From positions 1-64,000 of IMG/VR virus record IMGVR_UViG_2744054842_000001: a DNA stretch of 64,000 nt; one strand, 5' to 3'. The notes beneath the pieces are model-generated. The model ran no database searches and had not been told where the DNA came from. It saw only the letters and a program-made list of their open reading frames with translations. Below, in pieces: positions 27,527 to 36,072 of the stretch. The translations under genes and the position numbers were made by a program. Position 1 is the first letter of the stretch. The number at the start of each line of letters is the position of its first letter. Source of the stretch: a virus. Its lineage: Duplodnaviria > Caudoviricetes.

Positions 27527-27913
27527 CTACCAACTACTGCGCTTGGGACGGTAATAGAGAAACAAGCTCACGGGGATCAAAAGCGCTATCACCAAGCAAA
27601 GGATGCTCACTCCACCATCCAGCCTCAGCCAACCCACAATCGCAAGAATCTCTCCAATTATCCATGCAAGCACCCACTCACCCGTCGAGTACTCCCTGGG
27701 CCCTCCACTCGAGCTCGCTCGGCTTTGCTTGGCCTTGTAAAGCGTTGAGCTTGAAATGCCAGTTCCTGGTATTCCTGTCGTAACGCGAGTACCGCGTTTG
27801 CTGAGATTGACAGTTGCCCCTTTGACGCCGAGCGAGGTGCTAACGCCACTCTTGCTAAGGTTGATTCGTACGCCGGGGGCGATCTTGATGCTTTTTCGAA
27901 AACGTAGCGCCAT
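27527..27913 (-). CDS. DUF4236-domain membrane protein
   Basis: MALRFRKSIKIAPGVRINLSKSGVSTSLG..GIPGTGIS; two C-terminal TMs. Confidence 0.88.
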   Translation of the reverse strand: MALRFRKSIKIAPGVRINLSKSGVSTSLGVKGATVNLSKRGTRVTTGIPGTGISSSTLYKAKQSRASSSGGPREYSTGEWVLAWIIGEILAIVGWLRLDGGVSILCLVIALLIPVSLFLYYRPKRSSW

Positions 27914-28067
27914 AGCTCGACTCCTTGAGGAAGGCAATGAGCCATCATCGCTGAAAGCTGATCACCTGACCACCCTGTCCGCCCATCCACCCTGGACGGA
28001 AAGCCAGTAACCCGCCATGCGGGTGCCGTAGTAGCGTTGTGCCTCCACATCGCAAGGAGGGTTAGAC

Positions 28068-28328
28068 ATGGCCCAATACGCTTCGGACACAAAGAAATAC
28101 TTAAGCGAAACTACAGAGCCCAATGCGGATCATTGGAAGAAGATGTACGGGGTCGGCGCGATAGTGCCCGTTTCTGGCATATACCGCTGCAGAGGCTGCG
28201 GCGACGAAATTACCTCGAACAAAGGTGACCCCTTCCCACCCCAAAACAAACACCAGCATGCAGACCCAAAAGTTGACATTTGGTGGGAGCTGATCGTTAA
28301 AACCCAAACTACTGGTTCAGGCCGGTAA
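28068..28328 (+). CDS. Small zinc-ribbon protein (YjzC/protein L-like)
   Basis: VPVSGIYRCRGCG..FPPQNKHQH. Confidence 0.75.
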   Translation: MAQYASDTKKYLSETTEPNADHWKKMYGVGAIVPVSGIYRCRGCGDEITSNKGDPFPPQNKHQHADPKVDIWWELIVKTQTTGSGR

Positions 28329-28391
28329 CAAACCGCCCCGGTCCGTTGCCGGCAAGCCCATGGACCGGGGCAACATTGACCAGGAGGTCGC

Positions 28392-28652
28392 ATGAGCTAC
28401 GAACAAGAGATGCATCGCTTCATTGAGCAACAGCAGAAGTACATTCAAGAGCTAGCTAACACCGTTGAGACTATGGCCTGCTTGACTCGAGGACTGCTCA
28501 AGGCTGTGCATCAGTCGTCAGGGGATAGCGGCGTTGATGCAGTCCTCGACACGGCACTGGCGGCAGCAAGCGGTATGCGCTGGAGCGGCGAAGCCAGAGC
28601 TAACAAGGTTCTGATCAAGCAGCTGTGCGACGAGGCTAAATCCGCTAGATAA
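28392..28652 (+). CDS. Hypothetical protein
   Basis: 86 aa, AGGAGG RBS. Confidence 0.65.
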   Translation: MSYEQEMHRFIEQQQKYIQELANTVETMACLTRGLLKAVHQSSGDSGVDAVLDTALAAASGMRWSGEARANKVLIKQLCDEAKSAR

Positions 28653-28803
28653 TCGGATTCAATCCGAGCGCTTCTTCGAGGCGCGTGAGCCGGCGCTCTA
28701 ATAGGTCGGCCTCATCACTCGCGAGCTTCTTCAACTCCTCAAGCGTCTTTACCGGTTTACCATCAGGCTGCTCTTCCATTTCTTCCAGATTTTGCATGCT
28801 CAT
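28645..28803 (-). CDS. 52-aa small protein (not in ORF track)
   Basis: MSMQNLEE..LLERRLTRLEEALGLNPII; AGGAG RBS. Confidence 0.5.
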   Translation of the reverse strand: MSMQNLEEMEEQPDGKPVKTLEELKKLASDEADLLERRLTRLEEALGLNPII

Positions 28804-28806
28804 CTC

Positions 28807-28992
28807 CTAATTTTCGTCCTCTTCCGCCAGCGCGGCCTCATCCAAGGCGAATATCACCTCGTCGACAAGGCGCCTGGGCAGTGGTAGCGGGTGAACCTCA
28901 AGCCAGTCGGTGATCTCCCGGGCTGAAAGCCTTAGTGGCTGCACTGCGGCGGCGCCAACCAGGTAGCGCCGCCCGCGCGCCGAACTACTCAT
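28807..28992 (-). pseudogene. Relic 3' end of a second tail assembly chaperone T region
   Basis: RGRRYLVG..P..REI..VDEVIFALD parallels RSRQYVG..P..IDAAIFALDD of the adjacent gene. Confidence 0.55.
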
Positions 28993-29345
28993 TTTTTCCG
29001 GCGCGCATCCTTCGGCCGCTCTTTTTCCTGCTGCTCGGCCCAGTGCCTGCGGAACTCGTCGTCCAGGGCGAAGATCGCTGCATCAATCTCTTCGCGGCAT
29101 ATCGCTGATGGCTTGCGGTCGAAATACTCGTTGATGGGGGTTAGCGCTATAGGAGCCGGCGCTCCGATCACGCCCACATACTGTCGAGACCTGCTGATGG
29201 CGGCGTAAGCTTCAAGGACCTCGGTCACCACGTTGTCGATCTCCGGCGGATCCTGAGCCTTCAGCCCTAAGCGCTCGTGCTTCCAGCGCTTTTTCTCATT
29301 CTCCTGGCCAGACCAATCACGCGACCAGCGATATGCCTCTACGGC
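28989..29345 (-). CDS. Tail assembly chaperone, -1 frameshifted part (GT-like)
   Basis: Open frame from the AAAAAAG slippery site (29345-29351) with no start of its own. Confidence 0.7.
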   Translation of the reverse strand, partial: AVEAYRWSRDWSGQENEKKRWKHERLGLKAQDPPEIDNVVTEVLEAYAAISRSRQYVGVIGAPAPIALTPINEYFDRKPSAICREEIDAAIFALDDEFRRHWAEQQEKERPKDARRKK

Positions 29346-29782
29346 TTTTTTGCCGTCTCCTTGGCCCGCTCCTCGGCCCGCGTGGCGATGTCGGTGGCCA
29401 CTTGCAGAGCGGTGAAATAGACATCCGGGCGCTGTGCGATGAGAAGCTTGCCGCGCTCTTGCGTGTACTCGATATCAACGCCTGGCTGCTCGGCCTCTTC
29501 CACGCCCTCCCAGCCAAGGATGATGTGCTTGCACACCAGGTCGACCAGCATGTCATCCATGCTTTCGATGTCTGGGATCTCAGCGTTCACCGGGTCGAAA
29601 CCTTCGGTGCCCACGCCGTAGCGAGAGTCCACAATCGCCTGATGCCGCTGGATCAGGGCGTGGTGAGACTTGAACTTCGGATTACCCGCCGATCCGACCT
29701 TGATCCTCACGCCCGGGGCGATATCCACCCACCGCGTGCCTTCAAGGTCCAACTTTGGAGCCTGGGAAATGACGATAGCCAT
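29339..29782 (-). CDS. Tail assembly chaperone (G-like)
   Basis: Downstream of the tail tube; ILGWEGV..YTQERGKLL; ends at the A6G slip site. Confidence 0.82.
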   Translation of the reverse strand: MAIVISQAPKLDLEGTRWVDIAPGVRIKVGSAGNPKFKSHHALIQRHQAIVDSRYGVGTEGFDPVNAEIPDIESMDDMLVDLVCKHIILGWEGVEEAEQPGVDIEYTQERGKLLIAQRPDVYFTALQVATDIATRAEERAKETAKKP

Positions 29783-29839
29783 GGTATTCCTCTGCGGTAA
29801 AAGGCCCGACACACACCGCAGGGCGCGCCGGGCAAAGGG

Positions 29840-31009
29840 TTAAGCGGTGACGGTGACAGCACAGGTGTCGGTCTTGGTGCCGTCTGCGGCGCTGGTCGCG
29901 GTGATGGTGGCGGTGCCGGCAGCCAGGCCGGTTACCAGGCCGGTGGCGCTCACGCTTGCGATGGCCGGGTCCGAAGAGGTCCAGGTAACCAGCTGGCTTG
30001 CGCCAACTGGGGTGACCACGGCCTCGAGATCTGCAGTTTCGTCCACCGCTAGGCTCAGGGTGGCCGGGGTTACTTCCACCGCAGCAATGACGACGGGCGC
30101 CGGCAGACGGGTGATGGTCGGCGGCACGCGGCGGGCGGTGTATGACAACTCGACTTGAACGATGTCGGTGGCGCCACCGTCCGGCCAATCGCCGCTGACT
30201 TCCATCTCGGGGATGAGGAAGGTGTAGCCACCGTCTGCGTTGCTCAGGGTGAACTCGAAGCTGAGCGAGTCGCCGGTCTGCTGCGCCTTCCAGTACTGGT
30301 AGGCGGTCTTGGACCAACTCAGGGTGATCGAGCCGGACGGAACGAACGTCGTTGTGATCACTGCCCCGGGAAACGGGTTGCCGTTGCCGATGCAGCGCTG
30401 GGTCTGCGAGTTGTTGGCGAACTGCAGGTTGAAGGTGTCAACGCACGCGTTGTCGTCACCCAGCTGCACGCCGTTGATCTTCAGCCCGGTCACATCCTTG
30501 AAGCCGTAGCGCCGCTGGTTGGCCTCGGGCGCAGGACTGACGATGAAGGAAGTGTTGTCGGCCTTGTCCTGCCACGAGGTGGCCATGAACGTGGTGGTGA
30601 CGCTGATCTCGTTGTCGTTCGGGACCTCGATGTTGATCGTGTCAACCTGGGCTCCGCGAGCGATGCCGGCGATACCAACGTCCGCGTCATAGGCAGCGAT
30701 GGAGAACGAAATGCGATCGTTGCCCATGGTCAGGGTATTACCGGACCAGTTCGCGCCGAAGCAGGAGGCCAGGAACTCGTCCAGAGCCCCGTAGCGGAAC
30801 TTGGTCTCGATATCGCCGCCGACATCCACGGTCGTCTGGGCAGTGCCCTGCGACATGCGAGTCTCGCCGATCTCGTTGTTCTCTTCGGTGTTGTAGGTAG
30901 GCACCAGGCCGAAGCTGACGCGGGTCAGCACGTTCCATGGGCCTGGCGGGGTAATTCCCGGGGTGATCTCGCGAATCCACGCGGTCGAGCGCTTTGCACC
31001 GCTACTCAT
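29840..31009 (-). CDS. Major tail tube protein with C-terminal Ig-like (Big_2) domain
   Basis: MSSGAKRSTAWIREITPG..; VTWTSSDPAIASVSATGLVTGLAAGTATITAT. Confidence 0.9.
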   Translation of the reverse strand: MSSGAKRSTAWIREITPGITPPGPWNVLTRVSFGLVPTYNTEENNEIGETRMSQGTAQTTVDVGGDIETKFRYGALDEFLASCFGANWSGNTLTMGNDRISFSIAAYDADVGIAGIARGAQVDTINIEVPNDNEISVTTTFMATSWQDKADNTSFIVSPAPEANQRRYGFKDVTGLKINGVQLGDDNACVDTFNLQFANNSQTQRCIGNGNPFPGAVITTTFVPSGSITLSWSKTAYQYWKAQQTGDSLSFEFTLSNADGGYTFLIPEMEVSGDWPDGGATDIVQVELSYTARRVPPTITRLPAPVVIAAVEVTPATLSLAVDETADLEAVVTPVGASQLVTWTSSDPAIASVSATGLVTGLAAGTATITATSAADGTKTDTCAVTVTA

Positions 31010-31125
31010 GGGGTGTTTCTCCTTTCGATAGGCGTAAAAAAACCGCCATGTGGCGGTGAACGATTTGATGCGCGATGCCGGCCCGGATAGCATCAATAAT
31101 TTTGCGGCAACATTGGATACAACAA

Positions 31126-31752
31126 ATGGAAACGGAAACCGCTACCTACATATCGTTTGCACTGAGCGCTATCTCTGCTATTGCTGCTGCCGCATCTGCT
31201 TTTGGCGCTTTCTATACGATCAAAAAAACTGCCCAGAACTCTAAACTTGAGCAGGAGGCCGATAATCAAGCAAGGGAGGATGAGCGATTAATGAATCACG
31301 CGAAAACAACTTTAGAACGCGCATATCTGGCGCTAAGGGGTCCATCCGAAAGGGCAGCAGAACCACCGAGAGACAGACTGAACTGGCTTACCTCAGCGAG
31401 ATTGATCGAGGAATACAAAGCCACCAAAAAGCGCATAACAAGCGACTTCACCATGAGGGAGTGCGAGAGCCATGAGGAGCACTGGCGACATCAGTTCTAC
31501 CTTCTCCTTAGTCCAGTTGCGAAACGGCTAGGAGGAATTGAGTACTACAGGAGGATCAGTGACCAGGAGCTCGGGATTGACCCGGTCTCTGCCATCATAG
31601 TGAAAGCCTTTGCTACCTGGCCCGACGACAAAAATGACCCCCTTGATAAATACAGATCACCTCAAGATGCGGCAAACAAGCTAGGTGTTAGCAACATTTG
31701 GACATCCTTCAGATTTCACTTAAAGGACATCAAAGTTAACCTTCCTGATTAG
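31126..31752 (+). CDS. Moron with N-terminal TM helix, opposite strand
   Basis: ISFALSAISAIAAAASAFGAFY; PPRDRLNWLTSARLI; AT-richer than flanks. Confidence 0.75.
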   Translation: METETATYISFALSAISAIAAAASAFGAFYTIKKTAQNSKLEQEADNQAREDERLMNHAKTTLERAYLALRGPSERAAEPPRDRLNWLTSARLIEEYKATKKRITSDFTMRECESHEEHWRHQFYLLLSPVAKRLGGIEYYRRISDQELGIDPVSAIIVKAFATWPDDKNDPLDKYRSPQDAANKLGVSNIWTSFRFHLKDIKVNLPD

Positions 31753-32156
31753 TAGGCCCGGTATGGGATCGACACGTTTACCTGGTACCAGCCGTGGCCG
31801 TCATCGCCGATCGTATTGGCCGAGGCCGTGTAGCACTCAAACGGACCGGTCGGGTCGCTGTAAAACTCGAAGTGCTGTACCAGCGTGTCGGCGGCCTTGG
31901 TGATGGCCAGTGTGCCCTTGTAGCTCGGCACGAACAGCTGAATCATGATGATGCCGGTCCGGCGCACGCATGGGCCAATGCCGACCTCCGGCGCGCTGGC
32001 CAGACCTGGAACGTCCGCCAGCCTGGCCCAAATGGTTTTCCCGGACGGGTCGAACGGCCCCTGCGGGTTGTTCGGGTAGTCGACAGCGGATGCGGGAATG
32101 CCCGCCCACTGCGTCATGCGGCCAGCGACGATGGCCCGGATCTGTTCGAAGGTCAT
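31749..32156 (-). CDS. Tail terminator (DUF4128-like)
   Basis: VDYPN..RRTGIIMIQLFVP..GWYQVNVSIPY. Confidence 0.82.
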   Translation of the reverse strand: MTFEQIRAIVAGRMTQWAGIPASAVDYPNNPQGPFDPSGKTIWARLADVPGLASAPEVGIGPCVRRTGIIMIQLFVPSYKGTLAITKAADTLVQHFEFYSDPTGPFECYTASANTIGDDGHGWYQVNVSIPYRAY

Positions 32157-32587
32157 GAGTAGGCCTGCGAGACGCCATGGAAGGACGCCGCATAGACGCC
32201 ACCAGGCGCCTGGGTCGAGTGGCCGTCCTCCAACTTGCCGGCGTAGGGCAAGTTCGTCTGAACGTAAATGACGGTGAACGGCTCTAGGCCTGAAAGCTGC
32301 CGCTGCCCTTCGGCGGTGGTTTCGGCGCCGTTCTTGTCGATTTTTGTCGTCTGGGTGTAGACGGGGGCTCCGATGCTGACGATGTGGCTTCCCCGGAATC
32401 TGCCGCCTGTATAGCCTGGGGGTGCCGGGCTCTCCCATAGATCAGGGTTGCCAACTGGCGAGCGCAACACGATCTCTCCAAGCATCGCCATGGCTATCGC
32501 CCTTGATCGCTGCGTCAGCGCATCTTCCACTACCCCAGCAAATGTGCTTGGGGGCGTGCTCCACCCATTGCCCTTGCCTTTGGCCAT
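32153..32587 (-). CDS. HK97 gp10-like neck protein
   Basis: SPVG..TGGRFRGS..NLPYAGKLEDGHSTQAPGG. Confidence 0.85.
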   Translation of the reverse strand: MAKGKGNGWSTPPSTFAGVVEDALTQRSRAIAMAMLGEIVLRSPVGNPDLWESPAPPGYTGGRFRGSHIVSIGAPVYTQTTKIDKNGAETTAEGQRQLSGLEPFTVIYVQTNLPYAGKLEDGHSTQAPGGVYAASFHGVSQAYS

Positions 32588-32589
32588 AG

Positions 32590-32970
32590 TCACTTCCTCA
32601 GCTGGATTTCGTAGTGCGCCTTGGCTGGGTCAATGCCTGGGCTGATGATGCTGTATGTCACTGGCTCGCCAGTGATCAGGTCGGTGGCAGTAATCTGGTG
32701 CCCAACGGCAGGCCTGTCAGTCACTTCGTTGGCCAGGCATATCAGCAGAAGGTCGCCCACCAGGATGTTCAGGCCGTCGATGCGCCGGCTGTCGTAGCTG
32801 TCGAGCACCCCGCGCCCGGTGTAGGTCACTGGCTGGGCCGTGGTGGTCTCGTTTACCGGGTCCCAGACGCCGGGCCCCATGTAGGTACCGGTGAACGTCG
32901 ATACCGCGTCGGCCAGGTCTTCGTCGAAGGCCTCAGCCAGGTCTGCCTGGATATCGTCGCGGAGCCCCAT
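32590..32970 (-). CDS. Head closure / head-tail protein
   Basis: Position; WDPVNET..DPAKAHYEIQLRK. Confidence 0.75.
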   Translation of the reverse strand: MGLRDDIQADLAEAFDEDLADAVSTFTGTYMGPGVWDPVNETTTAQPVTYTGRGVLDSYDSRRIDGLNILVGDLLLICLANEVTDRPAVGHQITATDLITGEPVTYSIISPGIDPAKAHYEIQLRK

Positions 32971-32972
32971 GG

Positions 32973-33365
32973 CTATCCCCTTTTCACAGCAAAGGCGAAC
33001 GGATTGCTGCGCCATGGCGTCAGCAGGGCCAGTGCCAACTGCACACAGGCTGGCTGGGCGACAGTGCAGGTCTTGTCGATCGAGCCGAAGGTCTTGCTGG
33101 TCGATACCGATCCGGCCTTGACGGTCTTCGCCTCGAGCGAGCCCTCGGTCTGCTGCTGGTACAGCCTCCCCTGCGAAGCGCATTTGGCCAGCCTGGCGCC
33201 GGCCTGCTTAACGTCGTCAGGGATGTTGTCCATGTCGATGCCGACCAGGTTGAGCGCGGTCAGATAGGCATTCGCCTCGAAGACCGCCTCGTCCTTCAGC
33301 TCTGGAGCTGCCCAGTCAGGCCCGAGAATGGTGTCCACGTCGGCCACGGTGATGTAGGTAGCCAT
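32973..33365 (-). CDS. Head-tail adaptor
   Basis: MATYITVADVD..IPDDVKQAGARLA..KTVKAGSV. Confidence 0.75.
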   Translation of the reverse strand: MATYITVADVDTILGPDWAAPELKDEAVFEANAYLTALNLVGIDMDNIPDDVKQAGARLAKCASQGRLYQQQTEGSLEAKTVKAGSVSTSKTFGSIDKTCTVAQPACVQLALALLTPWRSNPFAFAVKRG

Positions 33366-33404
33366 CAGGCCTCCGCTTGAATGAGTGGGGCCGCAGCCCC
33401 GGGA

Positions 33405-34001
33405 TTACTGTTGGCCGAGTTCAGTGACCTGCTTCTGCAACGTCTCTTTCGAGGCGTTGGCGCGGTAGGTGACGTTCGCAGCGTCCAGCGTGGCCTTGAG
33501 CTCGGCGACCTCTTTGGCCTCGCGGCTTTCTTCGGTCTCAAGCTCCCGCTTGGCTGCTTGGGCCAGCAGGTCGTCCACTTGCTTCTGCAGCACTCTAGCC
33601 TTCTCGACTTCACCGTCGCGCTCGCGCTGAAGGCTCGCGATACCGGCGTTGACCGCTTCCAACACCTGGAATAGGTGGCCAGCAGTTTCGCCAAGCTCGC
33701 CTTCAGGGCGCTCCAGGCGCTGCGCGGCGAAGGAGTCGACGATCACGCCGATGGATGCAAGCTCGGTGACCACGCGATCGAGCGCTGCATGATCGGGACC
33801 TTCGACAAGAGCCACGCGTGTCGGTACCTCAACCACTGACACATCAGCGCCAGCGGCTTCGTAAGCATCGACCACCTTGGGCCAATCGCCGATCACCACA
33901 ACCGATTCGACGCCTGGTTCGGCCTGATCAAAGTGTCGTGGGTTGCGATAGGTACGGCCTTGCTCGAAGCCGTCACGCTGGGTGGTGTAAATCAGTTCCA
34001 T
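33405..34001 (-). CDS. Capsid-associated protein with C-terminal HeH/LEM-like motif
   Basis: VAELKATLDAANVTYRANASKETL. Confidence 0.7.
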   Translation of the reverse strand: MELIYTTQRDGFEQGRTYRNPRHFDQAEPGVESVVVIGDWPKVVDAYEAAGADVSVVEVPTRVALVEGPDHAALDRVVTELASIGVIVDSFAAQRLERPEGELGETAGHLFQVLEAVNAGIASLQRERDGEVEKARVLQKQVDDLLAQAAKRELETEESREAKEVAELKATLDAANVTYRANASKETLQKQVTELGQQ

Positions 34002-34049
34002 GGATTATCTCCAAGGCAGGCCCGCTGGACCCGCCTTTGCTGTGGCCGA

Positions 34050-34994
34050 TTAAGGCGCGGACAAGTCGATCAGGACGCCGGCAGTAGCCTTGTCGCTGGT
34101 CGCATGCTTACGCCAGTTCGCGCCGGCGCCGAGAGCTGCGAGGTTCGGGTTTACGCCTGCGGTGTCCTTCCAGGAGTAACCCATGATGTCGACGTTGAAA
34201 GCGCCTTCCGCGCGATAGCCGATCGCCAAGTTTTCCTGGGTGTTTACCGGATACGAGCGCACACCCGGGGCTTGGGACTCAGTCACCGAAACAGCGCCCA
34301 CCTGCAGGCCGAAGATGCGCTCTTCGGTGACTTTGTCAGAGACGAGGACCGGTTTGCCCATGGTGCCAGGCGAGCCGCCGTAGATGACCACGCCCGCCTC
34401 TTCGTAAATCTTCTGGTCGATTGCGTCGTCAACCAGATCGAAGTAGGTGGCGGAGTCCATGGCGAAGAGCGCGATGCGATTGAAACGATCGCCAAACTTG
34501 CGCATGCCCTTGGTCAGCACCTTCTTGTGATCGACTGCGAAGGAGCCGGTGGCGACCATGTTGGCGTTAGCACCGATAGCCGCGCCCAGAGCCGCGAAGG
34601 CAGTCTGGATGTAGTAGTCCAGGGCTGCGTCGGCCATATCCTGGCCAACCAGCATGGAGAACTCTTCGGGGCTTCGCGCACGTCGCTTGAAGGCCTCCTC
34701 CGTGGTCTCGTACGGGCCGTACTTCCACGGGGTTTTCACGCCGACCGCTTCGTCGGCGCCGATCTTGATGCCGGCTACAGCGGCGTCAGAGTTGACGTTA
34801 CGGTGGCCCAACGTGCCGCCGATCTTGTAGAACGAACGCTTGCGCAGGTCGCCCTCGATCAGTTCGTTACGCAGGATCAGCGCACCGCCCGACGAGGCGT
34901 TGAACACCTCCAGAACGTCCTGCAGACGCTCCAGATAAGCGGTTTGGGCAAGATCGTTGTAGATGATCATGTCCGAGTTGAGGGTGGTAGGCAT
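34050..34994 (-). CDS. Major capsid protein
   Basis: 314 aa after the scaffold; LEVFNASSGGALIL..GKPVLVSD..KATAGVLI. Confidence 0.9.
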   Translation of the reverse strand: MPTTLNSDMIIYNDLAQTAYLERLQDVLEVFNASSGGALILRNELIEGDLRKRSFYKIGGTLGHRNVNSDAAVAGIKIGADEAVGVKTPWKYGPYETTEEAFKRRARSPEEFSMLVGQDMADAALDYYIQTAFAALGAAIGANANMVATGSFAVDHKKVLTKGMRKFGDRFNRIALFAMDSATYFDLVDDAIDQKIYEEAGVVIYGGSPGTMGKPVLVSDKVTEERIFGLQVGAVSVTESQAPGVRSYPVNTQENLAIGYRAEGAFNVDIMGYSWKDTAGVNPNLAALGAGANWRKHATSDKATAGVLIDLSAP

Positions 34995-35004
34995 CTGCTA
35001 CTTC

Positions 35005-35724
35005 CTATTTTGGCAATTTGAGGTATGCCTCCTGCCCATGCGCTTCGATGTATTCGCGCTTCTGGACAGAGGTCATTTCGGAGCGTTTCTGTGCGGCCCC
35101 GCCGCCTTTTCCAGCACCGCCGGCCCCGCCGCCAGATGCCTTGCTACCAGCGATCAGCGGGCCGAAGGCCGGATCGTTGGTGAATTCTGCTTTCAGCTCA
35201 TCCAGCGTTGCCGCCGAGAGCTTGCCGGCAGCGTCCAGCACGACAACGGTTGGTTTACCGTCGCGCTGCTCGACGCTCAGCCGGCGTTCGATGTGGGGAA
35301 GCAATGCCTTGGCGCTGCCTGGCACGGCCAGAGCAGTCGCGATCTCGGTGGCGGTACGGCCCACGGTCAGATCCCGGATCTGGCCTTGCAGGGTGGCGCG
35401 CTCGCTTTCGAGGGTGCCGGTCAGCTCAGCTTCGCGGCGGTTGTATTTCTCGGACCAGGACTTTTCGAGCTCCTCGACGTTGCCAGACTTGCGCAGGGCT
35501 TCCTCGCGCTCCAGGCGAGCCTGTTCTTCGGCAGCCTTGCGCTTGTCGGCTTCGGCCTTCTTTTCGTCAAGCAGCTCTTGGACTTTGGCCTTCAGGCCGG
35601 TGACATCCTCCTGCTGCGGCAGACCATCGATGCCGAGGACGAACTTGCCGTCCTTCTCGACATACAGGGCTGCTACCGATTCATCGACGCCTTCGAGGCT
35701 GTCAAGTTGGAATTTCAAGGTCAT
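35005..35724 (-). CDS. Capsid scaffolding protein
   Basis: LYVEKDGKFVLGIDG, coiled coil, ASGGGAGG, EAYLKLPK. Confidence 0.85.
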   Translation of the reverse strand: MTLKFQLDSLEGVDESVAALYVEKDGKFVLGIDGLPQQEDVTGLKAKVQELLDEKKAEADKRKAAEEQARLEREEALRKSGNVEELEKSWSEKYNRREAELTGTLESERATLQGQIRDLTVGRTATEIATALAVPGSAKALLPHIERRLSVEQRDGKPTVVVLDAAGKLSAATLDELKAEFTNDPAFGPLIAGSKASGGGAGGAGKGGGAAQKRSEMTSVQKREYIEAHGQEAYLKLPK

Positions 35725-35895
35725 TGCTGTCTCCCAGAGACTTGTGCAGGCCCTGCCTGCGGGCATAAAAAAGCCCCGCACTGGGCGAGGCCTTGGATTT
35801 GCGCGCCACGTTTAACGAGGCAGCTTTTTGTGGCGCGGGGAGCTCATAACGAAAAAGCCCCGGCGGATGCCAGGGCTTTCATGGATGTCTGTAGC

Positions 35896-36072
35896 TCAGG
35901 GTTTGTCGAAGTCGTCTTCGAGCTTTTGCAATACTGCATCTGCCATCTGCTTGCTGAGTTCTTTCCAGGCTTTGCCGCCATCAAAAACGCCAACGCCTCG
36001 GGCAAGATTCGCCTGATGCTCACGCCGGGCTTCTTGAATCAAATCCTGCGCGCTTTTTTTGTTGGTCGTCAT
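35896..36072 (-). CDS. 58-aa ORF coupled to MuF (candidate immunity protein; not in ORF track)
   Basis: ATGA overlap with the MuF stop; MTTNKKSAQDLIQEARREHQ.. Confidence 0.55.
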   Translation of the reverse strand: MTTNKKSAQDLIQEARREHQANLARGVGVFDGGKAWKELSKQMADAVLQKLEDDFDKP

